DNA of 64,000 nucleotides, from the NCBI GenBank assembly GCA_037379345.1, contig CM074516.1:27900001-27964000 (forward strand). Reading direction: 5' to 3'. A program made the translations under genes and the position numbers. Source of the stretch: Perna viridis. Lineage: Eukaryota. The notes beneath the pieces are model-generated. The model saw only the letters and a program-made list of their open reading frames with translations, searched no databases and was not told the DNA's origin. Shown in pieces: positions 24,801-36,800 of this stretch; the stretch's first letter is position 1, and every line of letters begins with the position of its first letter.

Positions 24801-27800
24801 TTCCCGGTTCCGCTTTGGGAAGTTCTGACACTGTACTGTTGGGTGAATGTTCTAATTGTCTTAAATATTGTTTCTTCATAGAACAGATAGTAGTTTCACT
24901 GATTGGTTTGCCTAGTTCCTTAGAAAAATGTCTAACAGCACTAGGATTTCCATTCTCGCAAGCATATCAGGCTATTTTAGCTCTCTGACTACTGTCATAT
25001 GGAGAATATTCTCCTCTTTTCCTTTTATCACTGGAACGTATGGCAGATAAAACTGAAGAATTTGCAGCCTGTGTTGTTTTTGCACTTTCTGGTGCTTTTT
25101 CCAAATTTGTATCAGGCAACAAACTTCTTAAATTACTAGTACTGGTATTTCCATTCTGATTTTTTGTTTTTATCAACCACCTTGACAAAGACATCTTGCA
25201 ATTTGAAAAAATATAACACCCGAAATTGAGTTTGTGTTCACAAAATCATTCACCCATAAATATTGATGGGCAGTTGACAAGGCAGAGTCAATAATGTTAA
25301 CTATACAATAAATGGCGGATTCTCGTAATATAGGAAGTATATCCGTAGGAAGACATGACAAAATAAAGAAGGATAACTCATTTTTATTTGTATTTTATTT
25401 GACAAGATAGTCATAGATCCGCGAATATTAATTTTCAGTGATGTCATTATCGTGAAAATTAGTATCCATGAATCAATCCATTGACTAAAATTCACGCAAG
25501 TTTACTAACACAAATATTAGTTGGTTTACAGTAGTGCATTTTGATTTTTTTTTTTTTTTATGATTTGATATTAATCAAATCTTGGACTTGGTAAATGACA
25601 CTCCAATATAATTGTTTATATACCAAAATTTTTAATTAGCCAATTTCATACTCTTTTGTTTAACAGTTATTAAATGCATTTGTTTTATTCACAGAATTTG
25701 AGAAAGCTGAACTCAAAACAATGGAGCCAGTCCCTCAAATGGCATGTGTAAGCTCAGAGAATGTACCAACACTCCAAAGCAGTGTTCCTCAATCAGACTT
25801 GGAAATTAAAACCAAATATAGTCCCATTAGTAGAAAATGTACCTCTCAACCATTACCTCCACCACCAAAGACAGGTTTTCAACCTTTATCAAAAAAGACT
25901 CATGGTAATACTGGTCCTACTCAACCCTTGTCATCAAGAAAATGTCATGGTGGTCTTGTAGAGCTAGAACAGGTTACCCGTGGTGGACCAACATTTATTT
26001 CAGCTGCCCCACCTGCAAGTCCATTGTCATCACAGATTGCTCCAGAGCTCAAACCCTTTGCTGCTTCTCCTCCCATGTCACCACAGTTGGCTCGAACAAG
26101 CTCCTTTCTGGCTTTACCATCTCCAGCAATTATGGTATCAAAAGCCAGTCCTGAAAGAAATAGAGCTGTCAGGCTGTCTGTTGCAGAAAAGAACAAAAAG
26201 TCGGCTTGTATGGGAACACCAGATCTTGGATACCTATCTGGCATAGAACAGTCACCATATTTACAATTTGATCATTCTCCATCTGATTTACCTGCTTCAA
26301 CAAAACCTTCTACATTTGGAAAAAAGTTAAGTAAAAGTGCTGCTGAACCTCATATAGGGGTTGCAAAAGTTAGTAAGCCAGAGCCAAACATACCTACACA
26401 GCAGTCATTCGGTATGTCATTAACGCCATCATCATCACTCTCTGTGCCACAACAGCAGATGTCAAGGATTACACCAACCCACCCTCTGCCATTACAGACA
26501 GAAGACACTCCTCCTGGGGCACCACGCCCAAGACAAAGATCTAGGAGATTATCAGAGGAGTATGTTTATCTAATTAGGCCCCTCAACAAAAAGTTAAATA
26601 TGTGTTATTTTGCTTTGTTAATTTAATAAGAATGTCTAGAATGTTACGATTTTGATGAAAGGATTTTGATACCTGTTTACAGATATTATTTGCTGCGATA
26701 TAGTGGGAAACTCTTTTCATCTGACTATTTCTAAATCTTGTACAAAATATTTTGAGATTTTTCTGGCATTGTACAGGTATATGTATTTGCATGGCAAGAA
26801 AGGAAGAAAAAAAAATGTCGTTTTTTTTTTTTTTTAATTTTTTTTTTATTTTAAAGAAATATTTGACATTATGGTTTTCAGTATTTTTAATATATTCAAT
26901 TCTGTTACATATTTGACATTGCCGAACAAAGCTCACAAAATTTTCAATTTTCTGGTATCTCATTTTCTATGTCTACATTGGAATACTTTTAGGCAGTCGT
27001 TCTTTGCTGAGAAACTCAGATCCAGTGAAGCCCGAAGGTTATCCATTGATTTATCAGAGCAGTTATTAACTGAGAGGAGGAAGCAGTCGTCTAATTCAGA
27101 GGTATTGGCAGGTTATATTTGTTGTACTTACGTAGTACTCCGGCTATGAATCATGCAAAATGTGATTCATGGGTGAAAAACCTACATATTTTTATTTTTG
27201 ATATTTTGTTTGAAATGCCATAGTTAACATAAATTTACATTCAGTTCTTCATATAACCGGTGTTCTTAGGAAATAAAAATTATATAGAATGCACTGTAGA
27301 TTTCAAAATTGAGGGAGGTAACTCTGTAAATGACACTCAAATACAATAGTATCTATTGAAATTTCAATGTTGATTATCTCCTAAGAGCAAGCAGAATGAA
27401 TGAATAAGTACACACTTCATAGTATAGGCCATAAAACAACTTAATAACAAAAATAAAAATATGTAGCCTTTTTTTGGAGTGTATCACATTTTTTCAGATT
27501 TTGCATGATTCTTACAAAGACTGCTACTTAAAAGTTTCATTGTGACTTTTAACGCAAGTTAATCAAATGAAACATCATAAACTAGCCGTAAAGAAATTGT
27601 AATGATGTTGAAATGAAATAAACTTCTTCCTCTAGGATTACATTCAAATATTTGACCATTTGACAATTTTGATTCATAGACAATGCAACATAATCACACA
27701 ACCAATTGCAATGGTTAATTTTTGACTTCCTTTGTTTATATCACATTTGTGATGTGATATTCTCTTAGTGAATTAGTACTAGTTTAAAATCAGGTGAGAA

Positions 27801-30800
27801 GGGGAGATTATCCACTTTATAAGGGTAATATGGTGCAAGATATTTTTTTTTCTCTTTGTTAGTAGCTTGTTGAAAATATAGTTGTACCTATTCCCAGCCC
27901 CTTACTTCTTCTGTGTAGAGGTATATATAGTGGTCAGTATTTCCTTATGTTTCTTCTGATATTTTTCTGTATAAAATAGCTGCTTTCTATATCCCTACTT
28001 AAAAGGAGAGGTGGTTATACTGTTTTGCCCTTGTTTTGGTCCAAAACAATTTTTTTAGTAGCAGTTTTCTCTGCAATTACTCATTACAATAGCTTGAAAT
28101 TGTTACACTTCCTTCCTGTAGGTATACCATATGGTGGGATCTATTTTCAGAAAAGTTCAACAACAAAGTCCTGTGTGTCATGGGTTTAGTTTATTTTCCT
28201 TATATTGTGATTGAAAGCAGGGCTATCACTAGTAGCACTGATATCTTGTTTGTATTATTTCAAACTTATATCATAGAATGCTCTGGTTTTGATGTTCTAC
28301 TACATTTGCTTCTTAGAATATCTTCTTTTTCCAGTGGATTTAGGCATTTAGTTATAACTTATGACTAGGTCATTGACTTAGGCAGGCATTTAAGGTACCC
28401 ATCTCAATCTGGTAGAATCGGAAAAATGCTACACTAATGTGAATAACTGATTGTTGCTAAAAACTGGCAATTTATTCTCAATTTATTTTGAATTCAAAGT
28501 TGACTTATCCTTTTGTATATTAAATCTTCCAGGAATGGGATGAGTACATGTCAGGTGTGTTTAAAGACCTTAGTTGTGATGTAAATGATAGTTTGGATGA
28601 CATAATGAATGGTATGATGCCATATGAAGAACAGAAGGAATCTACTCAAAAACCTGTGAGTATCAGTGACCTCTGACCTCTATAAAAGCAATGCTTTCAT
28701 TTTTTGCTTAGTTTTGTTACTTTTATTTATGCTAGATTTATTCTGATAGAATATAGTGATATTATTGTAAGAGTCTTGATTTTTAGTTTCCTATTATCAT
28801 AAAAATTTACTTAACGTAACTTTAAAGACCGCACAAGACTTCATACAATAAGGCTTCTGGAACAGGGTTATGTTGCCTCAAGATTGAAGTTATCACCACA
28901 GAAGATTTATGCTTGTCATCATGAACTGGTGGAACATTATAGTGTAGCCATCTGTACCATAAAAACTGTTCAACGCATTAAAGTTTTCTTTTCATCTTTC
29001 ATCTACCCCAGATGAGTTTTCATGTGGGTATTGCTAGAAAAGCAGAGAATGTTTACCCTAACAGTACATCTGGTCTATGTCCCCAGTTTTTTAGAGGAGT
29101 TTAGTTGCTCAAAAGGAAGATTCAATATGATTATAATGGTTATTGCCTTAACTTTTAAGAATATGGGGTCAAATACAAATACAAATACAATGTATTTAGA
29201 GAATATTAACTATATCTGTGTCTCCTGTCATCTAGGTGGGAAGACATATTGTCCCAATGGACAGTTGGATTCCAATTTGGTGTGTGGATTTATATAGATG
29301 ATGCATATATTGAAAGCCATTTGGGTGCTATCCAATATTAGCTACCTGTTTTGTGGGACTCTGTCATTTTTCACCATTTTAATGGTGTCTGATACCAATG
29401 GGTGTATACATAGCACGAAAAAACACATTTATCTTTCTCTTAAAGGTGTTTTAAAAATCCTGTTCAATAAAATATATAGAAATAAAAGAAAATGCAAAGC
29501 AACTCAAATTTATCTTCTTTTTTTTTGTCAGAGGAGAAAAAGAAAAGAAGGAAGGAGACTAAGGCCTGTAAGTATGAGATTTTAAAAGGGGGTTTAAATC
29601 AAAATAATGTTATCATGATTTACACTTACTCTACCGGTGCACTTGGTCCATTCTCCTAGTTTTTAATGGAGTCTTAGTTGTCCATTTACTTTTGTTACTT
29701 TGTATGTATGATTTTAGTTACTTTATGTTCTTTGTTGTGTATGTCTATTTTCCATGTCTTTTCTTCGTCTCTGGATTACATTCTTTTGATTTTCACTAGA
29801 ATCTTGGTCCCCTTGCTTGACTGGTTCCCTTTGTAACCAGAGCTTTAGTGTATATGGGAATATTTCTTTTATTATTTGCATGTTCAGGAATAAGTTCATA
29901 TGATAAGTGGAGATTAGGCTTCAGTTAGCAGTTAAAGAAATTAATTTTATTCGACAGCAAAAGTTTTGGGACATGAAATGGTATGACCCTGTTTTGTCAC
30001 ACAAAAGACTTTCAAAGTGTAGTCGCTGCCTCGCTGCCAAGCACATGGTATTTAAGAGGTTTGATGACAACTGGTTGGCACCAAGTCAGAATTAATATGT
30101 CCGAGTGGGGTTGCATGCGAAATTGAAAGCTGTTGCTTCTATGAGCTAGCCCAAAAATGCTTTGCACATTTTGTCAGATGAATACACACCTGTGATGTTT
30201 TGGTTTGTTCTCTTCCTGAAATGCATGAAATGCCATAAGAAGTTAAACCATAATCAATCAATCAGTCAATCTTACTATTCCCATGTTTCACATACTTTAT
30301 AAGACAAGCTACATTATATTACGATTTTGCTGATTAGAAATATTTTTTTTGTATGTTTTTTGTTCTGTAAACTGCATGTATTCATGAAGAATCTGTGTCT
30401 TGTAGACGATGAACAAAGGAGAGCTGGAACGTGCTGAAATATGTAATGTAAGATTATTAATTAAAAGTAAATTGGGGCAATAAACATGAATACTTGCAGT
30501 CAATTTTACAAAAAATCTTGAATGTAAAATTGATAGCAAGTTGTGTCATCACAATGCTATTTTGTATTCTGACACCATAACTTTCAATAATACTATCCTT
30601 AAACTTCTACTTTTTGTGAAAATGACCCCTGAGCTCCCCCAAAGCATAGTTTCAGCCTTAAGGGTTTGGTTTAGTCTTAACGAAAATGAGATGTATGAAA
30701 TGCTCTTACATAGAGGAAAATCTCATATCCCAGACAGCCTATATTTTTTTACCTGGTAAGCTTTATAGAAAATCTTAGATTTTAAAAAAAAGACCATATT

Positions 30801-33800
30801 GATAATAACTTTTGAATTGTAAAATCTGTAAAAAAAATACATCCTTTCCAGACAATGTTTTGGGCTATATACATACAATTTATCACCAGTTTTGGTGATG
30901 TTTTAATTGCAGGGTATCAGTATACATTTGTTGAATGATCATAAGGGGAACAGTAAATTTATTACTGAGAGGTACCTGAGGCAATACAAATAAATTTACT
31001 GTTTTCCCAATGACAGTAGACAAATGTTTTATTAAACTGATAATATGTGAGCTAGTACATGTAGCATGACCAGGATTGTTGAGTGTCCTCTGACCATGTT
31101 GTAACAGATTTTATGCTTGTTTAGAGAAATTATATGGAGAACATCAGAAATTTTATTAGCTACTGAGATTTGAAAGGAAAAAATCCTGCAAAATACTGTT
31201 ATTCCTCTATTGCCCTGGTCAATATTAATAAATGTTAACCAGGTAACCAGAACCATCAAGGCCTTTTGTTACACTTGATTTACTATAGGTAAAAACACTG
31301 ATGTATAATAAATGCAGACATTCATGCAAAATATTATTGTCCAATGCTTGTGTCATGGGTGGATCCATAGTAAAAAAAGATGGTAACACTTTTCTGAGTG
31401 CTCTAATGTTATTTCCTTTTATTGATATATTATGAAGACAGTTTTTACCACTTGTACAAAATTTTGTATATAAAAAAATGATCTACATTTTAGTGTTTAC
31501 TCTTACTTTTCATTGATCTACAGTGCAGGGGATACTATTTGTAGCTAACACACTTTATGAATTTAGACTTCAGATTCACAATTATGCAAACTGTACAAAG
31601 CATCTTCGACACAATCTTTTCAATCAAGGGTTAGGAATGTATTGCAGTACCCACTCAGCAAATTAATGTATGCAGTTAATTATATCCAGGGTAAGGCTGG
31701 AGGAAAGAAGCCTGAGGGCTATAGTGGTGAAGAAGATATGTTGGTATACCAAAGATCTGACTTCGGTATATATTATGTTATGTAATTTATATTAATTGCT
31801 GATACATTGTACCTGTTTTTATACAACCATCTAAGACGGTATTATGATACACTGTTGTCCGTCTGTCCATCCGTCGCCCACACTTTGGACAATAACTTTA
31901 AAACACTTGCACGAACTTTTAGGAAATTTTGGTGAATTGTTCATATCTATTGAAGTAAGCTCCTTTTCAATTTTTATAAATTTCAGATTTTTCATTTCCA
32001 TGTAATGAATTTTTATACTTAAAAAGGGGATTTTCAAGTTTTTTGGACAATAACTCGAAAACACTTTCACCAACTTTCATGAAACTTTGGTGAATTGTTC
32101 ATATTTATTGGCATAAACTCCCTTTCAATATTTTTAAATTTCAGATTTATCATTTCTGTGTTATGAATTTTTATACTTAAAAAAGGAGGAAATTTTCAAG
32201 TTTTTTCACAATACAGGTGTAGCTCGAAAACATTTTCACTAACTTTTATGAACCTTTAGTGAATTTTTCATACCAATTGACATAAGCTTCCTCCCGATTT
32301 GTATAAATGTCAAATTTTTCATTTCCATGTTATGAAGTTTTACTCTTTAAAAGGCGGAAACATTCAAGGAAATTTATTCACTGATAAATCATTGAAAACA
32401 GACCATTTGTTGTGATAGTGCAAAATTTTTTGTGCATTTTTTTACTTTTTTGGGAGGGTGGAGGGGTATTTGACAGAGCTCACAGTATTTCTTGTTAATC
32501 ATATCAATTCAATAAAAGTATAAGGACAAGTTGAAAGTGCAATGGGCGTATCATACACTTAAAGCGCAGCTCTTTATTGTTATTCATTTGAGAAGAGGCA
32601 AAAATGATGTTCGATTAATAGTTCAGGACTAAAAGTAAATAGTGTGCTTATGCACTTGGGGGTTACAGTGTTGGTGTATCTATCCATCTTTCCTTCCTTC
32701 CCTTACACAGTGGGTGACCTATCTCTTATCCATTACTCCTTCTACATTGCTGAATGGAATTTAATGACACTTTCACAGAATCTTTGTTACATATTTCCAT
32801 TGTGCTTTCTCTTTTTATTTTTGTAGATTTTGTCCAAATTCAGTTGGGGATGGGGGGTGAGGGCTTAGTCATTTATGAATACATGGATATAGAGGGGACC
32901 CATCACTTATCCATTACTCCTTCTAACACCACTAAATAGAATTTAGTTAAACTTTCACTGATTCTTTATTACATATTACCATTATGCTTCCTCTTTTAAC
33001 ATTTTGATCAAAATCAGTTTGGACGTCAAAAAGTGCATGTTATCACAGGGAGGTCTGGGTGGTATAAATAAAGTGAGCAATGCTGACAGTTTTTGTAGTT
33101 AATCTGTGTAAGGAGTTGCAGATGGTACATATAATGTTTTAACCTGTCTTTCTGTTCATCCATCATCACTATGCTTGGATGCTGCTTTAAATTTTTGACT
33201 GATATAAGGATTAAGTGTTGATAACAATTAAAGGCTGCATGAGATTGATTTGGACAGAAATTTGTTGAAGGGCACTTTTTTTCTTGAGCGGGGCTCATTT
33301 AATCATATTGCTGATTTTAGTTAATTATTCAAGTTAATCCAAAATTTTAATTTGTTTATATCATCAAAATGGAACTCTTGATGTTCTTTCATATGTTAAA
33401 TCTTATTGTGTACTGATTTTCAGTTTTGCTTATATAAGGGTCCAAAAAGGGGTTAAAAATAAGTATGTTCATTAACTTATTACATAATTTATATTATACT
33501 GCAACCTTCTATTTGGACAACTAAAATCTGTTGACTTTTTTATTTATTGGTGATATACGATCATTGACAGTATATAACATTTTGGCCCCATCAAATTTCC
33601 TTCCCTTGCATGAACAACCTGTTATCATTGGGTCACTATTGGTGGCCACAAGATGGGAAAAAATATAAAAAAAACACAAAGTAAATAAATTAATTAAAAT
33701 ATTAAAGATTGCAATATAAAGGCAATAACAGTATATTGACTAGAAATAAAAACAATATACCACTTCTGCACAAATCTGAAAAAAAAAATAATAAAAAAAT

Positions 33801-36800
33801 TCTACAAGCTTTGCATTTTATCCAATTCTGAGCCTCATCCATACTTTATTTATTTCAAGTCAACATACTGTTATTGTCTATTTATATATCTACCAGGTTA
33901 TTGGGAATTTTTATATTCTTTGACCCGTTTCATTCTATGTAGAAACTTGTGCTTTGTTATTTATTTTTGGAGTGGTATCAAGCTTAAATGTTGTGTCTAA
34001 TATTGTCACAATTGTTCTGTGCAGTTGCATCAATCAGAACCCTCCATGTAGAGCATTTTATTTTGTTTGGTCATTTGATGAAAGAAGTAAATGTCAAATA
34101 TCAATTAAAACATTTCATCACTTCCAACTTTTACAAAAAGGAATGATGTGGCAAACATTTATGCTATTTTTCTGAGTGGGCTCAGATTATATATCTACAT
34201 ATTCAACCCTTCATTTTTCATCTTGAAAATTTTGTTTGATTTTAATCTTTAAGGATTTTCAGGAAAGTATTGCATTCACTCAACAGAAGTTTTAACTCAT
34301 CCTGCTTAAAACTCAAATATGGATTGAGGGTCTATTCTTAGGATATAATGCCCCATTCAATGAGTGGGCAGTATATAAAAATCAACCTGTCTGTCCATCA
34401 TTCCTTAGTCAGTCCTAATTCCAAATTCCTAATGGATTTATTTCAAATTTAGTTAATGGCTTTATATACATGGGGCATATGTTGTAAGTGTTTTTAGGTG
34501 CAGTCCAATATCAACTTCCTGTTTGAGTGTATTTTGCTTGCAACCTCATGGTATCTTAGACTAAAAAGTGAGGTTATCTATGATTATTTCACTAATTTTA
34601 TTTTATTCTCAATTTCATATTACCAGACCAACCAGCAATGACCTACAACTTGACAGACTATGGGATAGGTACTGTTATAAAACCTATTAAGTCAGCAAAG
34701 AATCTGTTCAATAAGAATCAAATAGGCAAACTGTTTGAACTTCAAAAAGAGGTGAGTTTAATGAACGAATATTTTTCGTCTCTTCGCCCATATGTTGCCA
34801 ACACGAAACAGTTCATTTTCTATAAATTTCTGTCAACTTTTAGATGATGTAACTTTTCTCACCATGAAAATAGGTTTGAACTGAAAAACATGTGTTGATA
34901 TAACATGTAGAAGTAAAGCAAAAATTTTAAAGGATTGATTGATTGATTGATTGATTGTTGGAGTTTAACGCCCGAGCAGCAAAATTTCAGCTATATTCAG
35001 GTGATGAACATGAGATGGCTGATAAAATGAAAATGAAATGATGATGACATGAAAAAGGGATGGGACACAAGAATAATGGGGTTGACAAATTTTGATTTCC
35101 ACTGGTAATAGGGAGAGGTGGGTAGGGTCGGGCAATTTAGCTTCCTGTGGCAGAGCCCAATGGTTCCTACTCCGGGAGATTACCACAGAAGGGTTCTTTA
35201 ACGTGCGAGGAAAGTGGCATCTTTCCCAACATGGTATACACTATGGTTTGCGGTCAGGTTTTCTGTATTATAGCCCAACAACCCCAGCATGTAACATGCC
35301 AGGGTTACCCCATTCCACCACCTGGGGCACACAACCCAGTTGATCTGTGGGCAGAGTGCCCAAGCCCTGACCAGGGTTCTGAGCAATATTTAGTTGCCTT
35401 TCATGACAAGCTTATCACTGCTGTGGGCCAAAAATTTTAAGGGAAACTTTTCTACCAATATAGTTAGAATGTACAAAGAAACACAGGGAATTATTCTAAT
35501 CTCTTAATGGAGTACTACTCATGCTAAAGAACTAACTCTAGTTGTACCCAGCAAACAAATTTTAAGGGACTGTGTGAAAATAACTCTTTCTGTTTGTCTG
35601 TCAGACTGTTTGTTCAACCGCATTTATTGAAAGCACAATAGGGAGGACTTCAAAGGGAGATAATCCAACTTCGGGTTAACATGTTGAAATCTTGTTAGCC
35701 CAGCTATTCCTCACCAACCCAAGGGATTTTGATGAAATTTGATAGGAAGATTTGATAACAGGAATATAATTATTGTCGTAAGGGAGATTATTGAGTGAAC
35801 AGATTTTACATTTAAAACATTTGACTCTATTTTAAGTTGGGGGTATTATTTTTGTAAGCTTTATAACAATATTTCTAGTTGGTGTTGATAAAGGGTAGGT
35901 GTTTTCAAAATTGTATATAGCCAACAAGTGAAAAAGGATGTGCAACCATGGAGCAAAGCCTTGACTCAGGACAGCTGTGTAAAATTAACTGGGTTGAACC
36001 AGTAAAAGTGAAGATCATCTTCTCCTTGAAAGCCCTGCAGGGTAACATGCAAGAGTTCCTTGAATGCACTGTGGGATAAAATTCATATACAAGGAGAAGT
36101 AACTGTAGATAATGATGTTATAATATTATAGGATGGCAGTTGGTCACTAACAGAAGATCTATGTTCCATATTAGGGATTCATTATGATGTCTGTATGGAG
36201 ATACTTGTAGATGCAGGAATAAAATCTTTGGGTAAGTTTTACTGATGTTTAGTGATATTCACCTGTGTAATCTCAAGGAGCCACTTTACTCTGTCCCTAT
36301 CTTTCTGTTCATCATTTTTATGGAATGCCTACTTTGTTTATTCTGTAACTCAGAAACTATGAAACCAATTAATTCAAATTTTTCAGTGTTTTTAAAAATA
36401 CACATTAAAGGTAGAGAAATTGCTACTTTTTTACCTTAATTTTTATGTTGAACTTAGCCAATTTTTGTGACTTTATGTTGTGAATTGTACCTACTTAGTA
36501 CTTTGTTTTTGTATTGTTTTCTACTGACTGATGTTTTCTTTGGCCTCTGTCAAAAGTTGTGCTCTTTGTACAGCATCATACAGAATCATAGGAATACCTT
36601 CATACAATCACTTTATTTGTTTTTGTATGTCTGTCTTAAATGGGACTGGACAAACTATGGTATACTGTTGTCTGTCTGTCTGTCTTCAGTGTTTGATAAA
36701 TTTACAATTATTGTCACGGGACTTTTCATAAAAAAGGTTGATTTCCCTAATGCTCTAATATTTAAAAATAAGAGATATGGTATGATTGCCGATGAGACAG

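Noticed and set aside
25761-26246. Overlapping alternative-frame and antisense ORFs in the large exon
   Set aside because: By-products of the higher GC content of the real Pro/Ser-rich exon.
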